A stretch of DNA of 63,945 nucleotides, filler included, from an uncultured bacterium (GTDB lineage: Bacteria; Auribacterota; CAZIXI01): assembly GCA_964543115.1 (NCBI GenBank). It is 3 parts of 3 records of this genome, joined end to end, with 100 filler letters (N's around TTAATTAATTAA, not from the genome) between each part and the next. Parts side by side here need not be neighbours in the genome. Positions count along the whole stretch, not along the records: positions 28,463 to 56,475 come from CAZIXI010000010.1; 2 more parts are not named here. The stretch is one strand, 5' to 3'. The notes under the pieces were generated by a model. The model made no database searches, had not been told where the DNA came from, and saw only the letters and a program-made list of their open reading frames with translations. A program made the translations under genes and the position numbers. Positions 31,134-40,470 of this stretch are shown here, in pieces. The number at the start of each line of letters is the position of its first letter. Position 1 is the first letter of the stretch.

Positions 31134-33263
31134 CTATTCTCGAATGTGTTCACCGGTAGGTGACATCAATTTTGCAGTAACAAATATCAACAGATTAGTC
31201 TTCTGATCGTTTTTCGTCTTGTTGCGGAACAGATTACCTATGATCGGGATATCACCCAACAAGGGAATCTTGTCTTCAGTAACCACCAGGTTTTCCTTGA
31301 TCAGGCCGCCCAGAACAACTGTTTCTCCGTCATGAACGACTACGTTTGTTCTGACGTTTTTGGTAAAAAAGATCGGCTGCAGAATAGGGATAGAATTCCA
31401 TTTCACACCACCGCTGATCCCGTAGTCTTCCCAACGGCGCAGTTCCGATACTTCGGGCTCTAACGTTAAGGTGATTGTCTTACGGTCGGCGCCCACACTG
31501 GGAGTTACATTAAGTATAATCCCGATGTCCCTGGTGGTAAACGCCGCCGGGGTAACGGCCGGCTGGGTAACCACGGTGCCCGCATCATTGGATGTGGCCG
31601 GGGTTAATTCAAATTCTGTCGGATAAATTATTTCGTCCACAACCTCTATCTGCGCCTGTTGATTGTTCAGTGTGGTAACTTTCGGATTACTCAACACATT
31701 GGCGTTGCCACTCTGGTCCATGGCATGAATAATCATTTTAAACTGCGGTTTTGTCAGGATACCGGAAATACTCAAAATATCGCCCCGGGATTCCGGATCC
31801 GGCCAGTAAGGATAATTCCGCAGATGCACGTCATCCACATCAGAGTATTCCAGATAACGTATGCCATGGGTCAGGCCCTGGGTGCCGGCGGCAATATCAT
31901 GGAATTGACCGTAGGTGGCGTCTGTGGTATGGGAATTGGCGAATACTTTGTCGGTATGGAGATACCAATCGTTGGTCAGCATCCATTCCAGCCCCAGTTC
32001 ACTGGCATTTTGCTGGGTTAATTCCACAAAAAGTGTGTCTATTTCTACCTGATAAGGGGTAATATCGAGCATCCGCAGGACTTCAATAACTAATTTCTGG
32101 TTGACCGGGGTGTTGCGGACAATCAGGGTACCGGTGCGTTTATCCAAAAACACTTTGCTGCCCGGAGGAAAGGGTACGCCGCTTTCTTCTAAAACGTCTT
32201 TTATGGTGATCCTCTTCTTTGCCTCTAGTCCTTTGGCAACTCCCCGAACCTCAGTTACACCTTCTTCCCGGACTTTCTTTACAAATTCCGTGAAAACGCC
32301 TACACCCGCTACCAAATGGTAGTAACGGGTTTCCATTTCTACTTCAGCAAGTCTTTCCGGCGTGGTAACCACTATCGCGTATTCGTCTATCCGGAATTTT
32401 AATCCTTTGGCGGAAAGGATGTATTTCAAGGCTTCAATGAGCGGGATATTAACCAGGGAAATTGTTATCCGCGGAGAAATAAAGCTGGTTGCGGAACTAT
32501 ACCTGGCCATTGTCTCATCTCCCGCCGTTACATCTATCTCACTGTCAATCTGAGCTCTCCGTTCTACGGGAAAGATATCTTCGTCTATAACTATATTGAT
32601 GCCGCTGACCTCAGAGAGGTATTGCAGGACATCCCGTAAATGCGCGTCGGTAAAATTTATCTCAGGAATTACCTGTCGGGCTTTCTTTTCTATCATCCTC
32701 TGCTGCCGGCTTTCCTCTATCTCTACTACTGCTGCCGATACCGTTACAGCAGCTGGTTTTGCCGGCGGCAGCCAGGCCCGGTCCACGTCCATCATTCTCT
32801 CTTCTTCCAGGACTTTGGTATCCTGGCCGGCAAGCCTGATCTGAGTGTCCAGTACTCTTTTTAATAATCTTTTCGCGGGAATATGAAGCGGGTTGAGCTC
32901 TATTGCTTCATCAAGATTTTGTTTTGCCTCATCCAGTTTACCGGCTTGATAAAGGCCTATTGCCTGCCGATAAAGGGCCTGGGCATGGGTTTTATCGGAA
33001 CTAACGAGCGTAGCTTCCGGGACAGCTTCGGCGGTTACCCGGACAGCGGGAACTTCTTTTGCCTGCTGCCTACCGGCAACATATCCCCGGTTACCTTCTA
33101 TCTTTCTGCCCGCTTGCGGCCTGGATACTTGCTTCTCTTGCTTGGCTAACGATGCCTTTAACTCCCGTAAATCCTCCTGACTCTCCGCCAATGCCGGGCA
33201 AGCAAACACAAAAGTAAGCACGGCTACCAGGATAATAAAGGTCTGTGGTCTATTTATAGGCAT
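31134..33263 (-). CDS. Type II secretion/type IV pilus secretin (GspD/PilQ family, Amuc_1098-like), paralog 2
   Basis: Signal peptide, TPR-like helix pair, IPEINFTDAHLRDV, NVLSNPKVTTLNNQQAQI, GIILNVTPSV, GETVVLGGLI, KIPLLGDIPIIGNLFR. Confidence 0.9.
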   Translation of the reverse strand: MPINRPQTFIILVAVLTFVFACPALAESQEDLRELKASLAKQEKQVSRPQAGRKIEGNRGYVAGRQQAKEVPAVRVTAEAVPEATLVSSDKTHAQALYRQAIGLYQAGKLDEAKQNLDEAIELNPLHIPAKRLLKRVLDTQIRLAGQDTKVLEEERMMDVDRAWLPPAKPAAVTVSAAVVEIEESRQQRMIEKKARQVIPEINFTDAHLRDVLQYLSEVSGINIVIDEDIFPVERRAQIDSEIDVTAGDETMARYSSATSFISPRITISLVNIPLIEALKYILSAKGLKFRIDEYAIVVTTPERLAEVEMETRYYHLVAGVGVFTEFVKKVREEGVTEVRGVAKGLEAKKRITIKDVLEESGVPFPPGSKVFLDKRTGTLIVRNTPVNQKLVIEVLRMLDITPYQVEIDTLFVELTQQNASELGLEWMLTNDWYLHTDKVFANSHTTDATYGQFHDIAAGTQGLTHGIRYLEYSDVDDVHLRNYPYWPDPESRGDILSISGILTKPQFKMIIHAMDQSGNANVLSNPKVTTLNNQQAQIEVVDEIIYPTEFELTPATSNDAGTVVTQPAVTPAAFTTRDIGIILNVTPSVGADRKTITLTLEPEVSELRRWEDYGISGGVKWNSIPILQPIFFTKNVRTNVVVHDGETVVLGGLIKENLVVTEDKIPLLGDIPIIGNLFRNKTKNDQKTNLLIFVTAKLMSPTGEHIRE

Positions 33264-35385
33264 ATTGCTTGGTTTCCTTTACTAATTCTCCCGTAGGAGT
33301 TATTAATTTTGCCGTAACGAAAATCACTAGATTGGTTTTGCGGGAAACATCTGTCTTAGAGCGGAACAGTACTCCCAGGATCGGGATGTCACCTAATAGC
33401 GGTATCTTATCTTCTGTTCTCGCTGTGGTTTCTTTAATCAAACCGCCGAGTACCACGGTTTCACCATCCTGAATTACTACGCTGGTGGTTACGTTACGGG
33501 TGTGAAATATCGGTTTTCTCATCGGAATGGCGTTCCAACCGATTCCGGTTCTGATTCCATAATCTATCCAGTCTTTAAACTCACTAATCTCCGGGATTAA
33601 AGTTAAATTGATGGTCTTCCTGTCCGCGCCAACACTGGGAGTTACCTTTAAAATAATACCCAGATCACGGGTCTCAAAACTTATCGGAACGGCTATACCC
33701 GGAGTAATGATATTGGTTGATACACTCTGAGATACTGTGGTGATGTTACCGTCACTGTCCCTATCATATATATCAGTGGTTGTCCCTTTTACCGTTGGGG
33801 CGGTTAATTCATATTCACCCGGATAGATGAATTCTTCTACCATCTCTATCTGCGCCAATTGGTTATTGAGTGTGGTTATTTTTGGGGCGGAAACCAAATG
33901 CGCTTCACCTGACTGGTTCAAGGCGTGGAGGATCATCCTGAACTGCGGCCGAGTTAAGATGCCTGAAATACTGAGGAGATTGCCTAATGGATAGCCCATA
34001 GTATCCGCCAGATAATCGAGCTCACGGGAGACCCAGTAATCGCCGTACATATGCTCACCATTGGTGAGAAATCTTTCCCCTTTGGTTATCCCGTCATGCC
34101 CGGTCAGATTCAGCGGATCAGGATAACGGCCGTAAGTAGGATCCGTTGTGTCACTATCCAGTCTCATGGAATTTCTGGGGCCAAAACGGAAAAGATCACC
34201 GTTAACTATCCATTCCATGCCCAGTTCTTCGGCCATATCATCGGTTAACTGCACAAATTTGGCCTCTATTTCAATCTGGTAAGGCGTTACGTCCAGGATT
34301 TTCAGGATATCTTCAATAACGCTTAGATTGTCCGGAGTATTACGCACTATCAATGTGCCGGTACGCTGATCCAGGAATATCTTGCTGCCCGGCGGAAAAG
34401 GAACACCGCTTTCTTCCAGTACCTCTTTTACGGTTAATCTACTCCGGCTCTCAGACTCCTCTTCATCCCAAACTAATTCTTCTTCAATAGAACCCTCTTC
34501 GGCTTCAACATATTCGGTAAAACTGCCAATGCCCGAGGTGAGATGATAATAACGGGTCTCCATCTCCACTTCCGCCAGCCGTTCGGCTGTACTGACCAGA
34601 ATAGCGTATTCGTCTATCCGGTAGCGGAGCCCTTTAGCGGTTAATATATATTTAAGGGCTTCTATTAAGGGAATGTTCTTCAGGGAGATGGTCACCTTGT
34701 CCGAAGCCTTTAACTGCTCCCCGGAATCAGGCAGGGAAACCTTTTCGTAAAGTTCCGCTTCTTCCCCTTCGCTGCCAGCTTCCGCACTTTTTCCTCCCGT
34801 AACAGATCCCGTCCCGGTATTATTGACCTCTACGGTCTGCGGCATTTCTATTCGTTCGCCATTATCCCGCTTGAAAACAGCTTCATCTAAAATAATATTT
34901 ATTCCGCTTATCCGCGAAAGATACTGAAAAACATCACGCAGGTGCGCGTCAGTAAAGTTTATTTCAGGAATTACCTGCTGGACCTTTTCTTCCATCAGTT
35001 TCTGCTGGGGAGAAATAATCCTGGCGGGAACAATAACCTCACGAACTGAGGCCGGTTCTTTGCCCGGCCGCAACCAGGTTTCCTGTACGTCCAGGGCCCG
35101 CTCCCGGGAGGTGATTATTTTATCTTTCTCTAGATTTCTTTCCTGTCTATACAAAATAAGGTTAATTTTACTTCTGGCTGGTTGATAACGCGGATTTATC
35201 AGCAGAATCTCCTCAAATTTTTCCTTGGCCTCTTCCAGCTTGCCCTGCCGATAGAGAGATTTGCCCTGCTGATAGAGGATTTTGATTTGATCCTGTTCCG
35301 CACTCTCTGCAAGTATTTTAGCTGGAAGGAAACAAGTCAAAAGAAGGAATAGAATCGAACTGAAAATGATAAAGTGTTTGCGCAT
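33250..35385 (-). CDS. Type II secretion/type IV pilus secretin (GspD/PilQ family, Amuc_1098-like), paralog 1
   Basis: Same architecture: LVSAPKITTLNNQLAQI, GIILKVTPSV, GETVVLGGLI, KIPLLGDIPILGVLFR. Confidence 0.9.
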   Translation of the reverse strand: MRKHFIIFSSILFLLLTCFLPAKILAESAEQDQIKILYQQGKSLYRQGKLEEAKEKFEEILLINPRYQPARSKINLILYRQERNLEKDKIITSRERALDVQETWLRPGKEPASVREVIVPARIISPQQKLMEEKVQQVIPEINFTDAHLRDVFQYLSRISGINIILDEAVFKRDNGERIEMPQTVEVNNTGTGSVTGGKSAEAGSEGEEAELYEKVSLPDSGEQLKASDKVTISLKNIPLIEALKYILTAKGLRYRIDEYAILVSTAERLAEVEMETRYYHLTSGIGSFTEYVEAEEGSIEEELVWDEEESESRSRLTVKEVLEESGVPFPPGSKIFLDQRTGTLIVRNTPDNLSVIEDILKILDVTPYQIEIEAKFVQLTDDMAEELGMEWIVNGDLFRFGPRNSMRLDSDTTDPTYGRYPDPLNLTGHDGITKGERFLTNGEHMYGDYWVSRELDYLADTMGYPLGNLLSISGILTRPQFRMILHALNQSGEAHLVSAPKITTLNNQLAQIEMVEEFIYPGEYELTAPTVKGTTTDIYDRDSDGNITTVSQSVSTNIITPGIAVPISFETRDLGIILKVTPSVGADRKTINLTLIPEISEFKDWIDYGIRTGIGWNAIPMRKPIFHTRNVTTSVVIQDGETVVLGGLIKETTARTEDKIPLLGDIPILGVLFRSKTDVSRKTNLVIFVTAKLITPTGELVKETKQYAYK

Positions 35386-35399
35386 AAAGGTATTCTAGG

Positions 35400-36173
35400 T
35401 CAGGATTTCTGCAATTGGGTCCTTTTATTATTTGAATCTATTATTATAACCATCCCGGGAAATATGTCAACAACTTTATAATTTAAAATTTCACTGCCGA
35501 TATGGACATCGTAAACGGTACCTGTTTTTAGGTCTTTTACCTGGGCAAAAATTTCTTTTTCCAGGGTTATTTTGCTTATCTGCAGCTCCAGACGCTCCCC
35601 GCCGGCCCGTTCCAGCGTTATTGTTGACAAATCAATCTCATCTTCCCCGCCCCAGGCGGTTTTCTCTTTCTTTACCTCTTTTTTGAAATCCACCATTTTA
35701 TAACCGCGGATTTCGTCTCCTGTTTTCTTGAAATTGGTCTTACCGCCCCAATTGATTGTGGCAATATATGTTCCGTCACCAAGCTGGAGATATCCCTTAA
35801 AAAGCAGCTCGACCGGTTTTTTGAATGTTCTTAATACCTTTAACCGGTCGATAATGTTCTGGAATTGGCCCGGATGTATTTTATCCGGTACCTTCTCTCC
35901 CTTGTCGCCAGTACCGGCCTTAACATTCAGGGCAAAAATATTCCGTGTGTGTACATTCACCGGAGTATAGAACTGCTCTAAATCGGTTACCAGGGACTGA
36001 TAGCGCTGGCGATTAACGCTCAGACCCTTACCTTTTGCCGCCTGGTCTCTGGTCTGCGATTGTTTTTCCTGTGCTTCACTATACAGGTCAATGACCATGG
36101 CAATTATTGCCCCAATGGTTAACAAGATAACTAAAATGATCCCTATTTGCAGAATATTTTCCCTGATATTCAT
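35400..36173 (-). CDS. Pilus-system membrane-anchored protein (positional Amuc_1099-like)
   Basis: N-terminal TM helix; lies between the PilO-like gene and the secretin; call is mainly positional. Confidence 0.45.
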   Translation of the reverse strand: MNIRENILQIGIILVILLTIGAIIAMVIDLYSEAQEKQSQTRDQAAKGKGLSVNRQRYQSLVTDLEQFYTPVNVHTRNIFALNVKAGTGDKGEKVPDKIHPGQFQNIIDRLKVLRTFKKPVELLFKGYLQLGDGTYIATINWGGKTNFKKTGDEIRGYKMVDFKKEVKKEKTAWGGEDEIDLSTITLERAGGERLELQISKITLEKEIFAQVKDLKTGTVYDVHIGSEILNYKVVDIFPGMVIIIDSNNKRTQLQKS

Positions 36174-36185
36174 TTCACAAACACC

Positions 36186-36932
36186 TTATTGTTGCGGCTG
36201 CTGATCATTATTGAATTCTATTACCGCAAGATTCAAAACCGCCACCACTCGATTATCATCCACTTTTTCCAGGCTTATGTCATTTACTGTTGTAATAAAC
36301 GGGGTATTGGCCAGTGCTGTCAGAATCTCTATCAGTTCTCTGACTAAACACTGTACGGTAATCTTGAACTTCAATTCCCGGTACAGGTTACCTTCTCCTG
36401 TTTCCATTTCCGGTTGACAATAAATGGCCAGTATCTTTTCGACTTTATGCTTGAGCAGTAGATTGACTACTTCATTGACGATAAATAATTGCTGATTTAA
36501 CAGCGGAATATCCTTTTTCCTCGGAATCTCTCCTCTGGCGTATTGGGGAAAGCCCAAATCAGCCGGTATTACCGCTCCCTGGATATCAGCCAGCTGCCGG
36601 AATTTCAGCTGGGCATTAAGCAGTTTCTCCTTAAACTCCAACGGTTTCGGCTCGTCCCAAACCAGACGCTTCTCTTCTAGCTGTTCCCAAACCTCTGTGT
36701 TTTTTTCATTGAGCCAATCATATTCCCGGCGTAAGGCAAACAAGGTCTTTGTGGTCAGCGGAAAACGTAACTTCGCCAGCTGCGCCTGCCTGTCCCGGAT
36801 CATGGCTTGCCAGGTACGTTTTACATTCCTCTTTCTGTACCAGGAAAGCAGACTAGCGGCTAAAGAAACAGAGAAAACAACGATCACCAGTGACCACCAG
36901 AATTTATAAAGTACCTTGGTTTTACGATTCAT
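36186..36932 (-). CDS. PilO/Amuc_1100-like pilus alignment protein
   Basis: N-terminal TM, coiled coil, C-terminal ferredoxin-like PilO pattern (YRELKFKITVQC...FITTVNDISL); follows pilM-pilN. Confidence 0.6.
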   Translation of the reverse strand: MNRKTKVLYKFWWSLVIVVFSVSLAASLLSWYRKRNVKRTWQAMIRDRQAQLAKLRFPLTTKTLFALRREYDWLNEKNTEVWEQLEEKRLVWDEPKPLEFKEKLLNAQLKFRQLADIQGAVIPADLGFPQYARGEIPRKKDIPLLNQQLFIVNEVVNLLLKHKVEKILAIYCQPEMETGEGNLYRELKFKITVQCLVRELIEILTALANTPFITTVNDISLEKVDDNRVVAVLNLAVIEFNNDQQPQQ

Positions 36933-38574
36933 AGTCTTTTGTCGTTCTAAACTTTGCGCTGATCAAAAAGTCTCTGACCCCGCCTTCAGGAGGACTGGCA
37001 GAATTAACTTTACTGGATCCGGCAACAAATGACGGAGAATTATCCAGGGCATCGCGAAAAACAATCAGATCCTGATAGTTGCCGGTAGTTTTTCCGGCGA
37101 GTGTCAGCTCGATAAAACCCTCGCCTGTATCTTTAGCGGGAGTTATCCGCACCAGCCACATATTAGGAGGTATTATTTCTTCTAAAGAAAGCAGCATTTC
37201 AGTCCATAAATGCTTGCGGGCAACTTTATTATCTATAATCGTTAATTTATTTTTAACTTGATCGAATTTCTCCTGTATTTTTGCCAGCTCCCTCTGATTA
37301 AAACTCAGACTCTTACTCTCGCTCTGCAGGCCGCGGATATTTGCCCGGTAGATATTCGTAAGGATTAAATTGTACCCGGTAAAACTAAACCCCAAAAACA
37401 CCAGCAGGCCGGCAATAATAAAATAATAGGCCTGTTTTCTGCTCCATTTCTGCTGGCGGAGGATATCCCTGGGCAGTAAACTCAGATCCAGGCGGGAAAG
37501 TCCAAAACCCTTGAGCGCGGCACCAAGCGCCACGCCTAAGAGGCAGGAAGTTTTAGTAAAAGCCCCTTCCGCAGAGGTGCCGGCTGGTTCTAATCCCTCA
37601 CAAACATCAACTTCTTCTACATCCACGCGGAATTTTTTTATCAGGAACTGATTAAGGTTCTTAAGCCGTGAGCCGCCGCCCGTAAGCAAGATCCGTCTGA
37701 CACCAAGACTGTTAAAGCTAGAACTGTATACCTCAAGAGAACGGGTAATTTCACCCATCAACCGGCTTAAAGACCTGACAATACAGGCTGATACCCTCTT
37801 AGAATGCGGATCAAGCCGTTCACTCTCCGAAACTGTATCAAGAAGAATACTGCCCTTGTCTTTTTTCAGTTGTTCAGCTTCGGCAAAAGCAATGCTGAAC
37901 TCTTCACTCAAGGCCTGGGTGATTAGCTCTCCCCCTAAGGGTACGGCCCTGAACCAGACATTATCGTTCTCCAATATAATAATACTTGTGGTTTTAGCGC
38001 CGATATCTAAAACCATTGTTGGCTGGTCCATTACCGGACATTGCCGGTAAAGTAAATTATATAAGCTGGCAACCGGCACGATTAAATCAGTAACACTGAT
38101 ATCTATCTTCTCCAAATCCCGCAGATACTGATCGATAACATCTTTTTTTACCGCACTGAGTACCACATCCGCTTCTTCCGGGCTGATCTTTCTCAATAAC
38201 TGATACGACCAGACAACTTCACTGATGGGAAAAGGAACCTGCTGCTGCGCTTCGTAACGGACAATTTTCTGCAGTTTACTTTTACCAACAGCCGGGAGTT
38301 TAAACACCCGGTTGAATACCCGATGCCCGCCTACGGCGGCAATGACAGGGATGTTCCTCAGGTCCAGAGCCGCGCAATAGGATTTTAACTGCAGGAGCAC
38401 AGCTTCCGGAATTAACTGCCCCTTATCCGTTCCCTGCGGTACTTCTTCGCAGGCAGGATATTCAAATACCTGATAATCAACTATAGATATTTTGCCGCCT
38501 GTTTTGGCCAAGCGCACCAGCTTGGTGGCCTGCGCGCCAAAATCTATCCCGATAACTTCTTTCATCTTTGCCAT
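36922..38574 (-). CDS. pilM: Type IV pilus assembly protein PilM fused to a PilN-like C-terminus (Amuc_1101-like)
   Basis: IGIDFGAQATK, LDIGAKTT, ILLTGGGSRL actin-like motifs; then LSLLP + TM + coiled coil + PilN-like (IIPPNMWLVRI...LAGKT). Confidence 0.85.
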   Translation of the reverse strand: MAKMKEVIGIDFGAQATKLVRLAKTGGKISIVDYQVFEYPACEEVPQGTDKGQLIPEAVLLQLKSYCAALDLRNIPVIAAVGGHRVFNRVFKLPAVGKSKLQKIVRYEAQQQVPFPISEVVWSYQLLRKISPEEADVVLSAVKKDVIDQYLRDLEKIDISVTDLIVPVASLYNLLYRQCPVMDQPTMVLDIGAKTTSIIILENDNVWFRAVPLGGELITQALSEEFSIAFAEAEQLKKDKGSILLDTVSESERLDPHSKRVSACIVRSLSRLMGEITRSLEVYSSSFNSLGVRRILLTGGGSRLKNLNQFLIKKFRVDVEEVDVCEGLEPAGTSAEGAFTKTSCLLGVALGAALKGFGLSRLDLSLLPRDILRQQKWSRKQAYYFIIAGLLVFLGFSFTGYNLILTNIYRANIRGLQSESKSLSFNQRELAKIQEKFDQVKNKLTIIDNKVARKHLWTEMLLSLEEIIPPNMWLVRITPAKDTGEGFIELTLAGKTTGNYQDLIVFRDALDNSPSFVAGSSKVNSASPPEGGVRDFLISAKFRTTKDYES

Positions 38575-38583
38575 AATTTTCTC

Positions 38584-39168
38584 TTACTCTATCTTTATCA
38601 ACTCTTCCGTTAACTGCTCTTCATGTTCAAAGGGAGTATAGTAACGGTTCAATAACGAGCCGGATGTAGGCTTTATCCTGGTCCACCAGGGTATTTTATT
38701 CTTAGAACGCGGCCACTGGGTGGAATCCTGCAGGAGACCATTATACCACAGCTCCGCTCTGACCCGCAAAACTTTTCCGTACCGCTCCAAGATCTGCGGA
38801 GGAACATAAATAGTGGAAATATGCCGCTGCCCTTTTTTCACACTCATATAAGTAATGTTTCCGTCTAACATTACATGTTGATCCTTCTTAGCGCCTCTCA
38901 TCATCACGTAATATTTTACCTCAACATTATCCGCCCATTCCGGCCGGGAATCATAACTGACTGTAATGATCCCCCACTCCTGCGGACTGCCCAAGACTTT
39001 TAACTTTCCCGGCCCCAGCCCGGAAATCGTGCTATCCTGGGTGGATACCCGGCGGGTATCATATTTGATTGCTTTGAATTTAAGTTCCTGTTTAACGGCC
39101 TTCGCGGCTGATACAGGCAGTAATAGATATAATATTATTAATAATAAAGTTTTGAATAATAATTTCAT
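38584..39168 (-). CDS. Exported pilus-associated protein (Amuc_1102-like)
   Basis: Signal peptide; beta-rich WGIITVSYDSRPEWADNVEVKYYV; located directly upstream of pilM as in the Akkermansia cluster. Confidence 0.55.
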   Translation of the reverse strand: MKLLFKTLLLIILYLLLPVSAAKAVKQELKFKAIKYDTRRVSTQDSTISGLGPGKLKVLGSPQEWGIITVSYDSRPEWADNVEVKYYVMMRGAKKDQHVMLDGNITYMSVKKGQRHISTIYVPPQILERYGKVLRVRAELWYNGLLQDSTQWPRSKNKIPWWTRIKPTSGSLLNRYYTPFEHEEQLTEELIKIE

Positions 39169-39207
39169 AAAATCGCCTCCTTTTTCATTGAAATCCCAGG
39201 CAATTAA

Positions 39208-40431
39208 TTAGCCGGCCAGCGAGGTTAATAAACTCACCAGCGGCAAAAACATCGCCAGCACAATGAAACCCACAGCACCGGCTACTAAAAATATCAGTAT
39301 TGGCTCTAATAAGGCCATCACACTGGAAATAGCTATATCAACTTCACTATCATAAGTATCAGCTATCCGGACAAGCATTTCATCCAGTTTACCCGTTTCT
39401 TCACCGACCGCTACCATATTAATTATGACCGGGTCAAAGACCGGACACTGACGTAATGGCTCTACTATGCTCTCTCCTTCCTTAACGCTGTCATGGACCA
39501 CCTCTAACCCGCGGGACATGACCTCATTCGTGATTGTTTCCTTAACATTATTCAGGGCCTCCAGAATAGGCACTCCGCTGCTAACCAATGTGCCTAATGT
39601 CCGGGAAAAACGGCTGACTAATACCTTCTGAGCTAACCGGCCCAGAACAGGCATCTTTAATTTGAGTGAATCCATTATGTACCGGCCTGTCTCTAATGAC
39701 CGGATTAACTGTAACAGTAATTTTAAACCAATAATAACGCCAACCACGATAAACCAGAACCTCTTCGTCAACATTGCCTGACTAATACTAATCAGGAACT
39801 GGGTAACCAGGGGCAGTTCAATGTCCATATCCGTAAACAATGCCGTAATCTTGGGAATCACAAACACCATTAACCCGACAAGGATCAAAACCGCTACCAG
39901 CAGAACCACACAGGGATAGACTAACGCTGAAATAATCTTCTTTCGCAACAGCTGCTTTTTTTCCAAATAATCCGCCAGCCGCACCAAAACAACATCCAAC
40001 ACCCCGCCGGATTCACCGGCCCGGACCGTACTTATATAGAGTTTAGAAAATACTCTTGGATAACGACTGAGGGCGTCGGAAAATGAACTGCCCGCTTCCA
40101 TGGCCTCTATCAACCCGGTTAGGGTTTTCTTCCAGGGACCGGCCGGCTGCTGTTCCTGCAGTATCTTCAAGGCCCGGACAAGCGGCAGGCCGGCATTAAG
40201 CAATGTGGCCAGCTGCCTGGTGGCCACAACAAAGACCTGATCCTTTATCCGGGAACTTGTAAGAAAAGGGATGGAAAAAGATAAACTTCGACTGGCAAGC
40301 GGCACTACTTTTACCGGATACAGACTCTTATCTTTTAACAGCGCCAGCACTTCCTGAATACTGCCCGACTCTTCCACTCCCCGGATCTCTTTTCCCTGTC
40401 TGTCTATCGCCGTATATCTAAACTTTGCCAT
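39208..40431 (-). CDS. pilC: Type IV pilus/T2SS inner-membrane platform protein PilC/GspF
   Basis: TRQLATLLNAGLPL, GESGGVLD, ALVYPCVV, GEETGKLDEML, LEPILI. Confidence 0.93.
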   Translation of the reverse strand: MAKFRYTAIDRQGKEIRGVEESGSIQEVLALLKDKSLYPVKVVPLASRSLSFSIPFLTSSRIKDQVFVVATRQLATLLNAGLPLVRALKILQEQQPAGPWKKTLTGLIEAMEAGSSFSDALSRYPRVFSKLYISTVRAGESGGVLDVVLVRLADYLEKKQLLRKKIISALVYPCVVLLVAVLILVGLMVFVIPKITALFTDMDIELPLVTQFLISISQAMLTKRFWFIVVGVIIGLKLLLQLIRSLETGRYIMDSLKLKMPVLGRLAQKVLVSRFSRTLGTLVSSGVPILEALNNVKETITNEVMSRGLEVVHDSVKEGESIVEPLRQCPVFDPVIINMVAVGEETGKLDEMLVRIADTYDSEVDIAISSVMALLEPILIFLVAGAVGFIVLAMFLPLVSLLTSLAG

Positions 40432-40443
40432 AATCTCTCAATC

Positions 40444-40464
40444 CTACAAGCTACAAGCTACAAA
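40444..40464. repeat. (CTACAAG)3 heptamer repeat in the pilB-pilC spacer
   Basis: ctacaagctacaagctacaaa read directly. Confidence 0.6.
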
Positions 40465-40470
40465 CCAACA

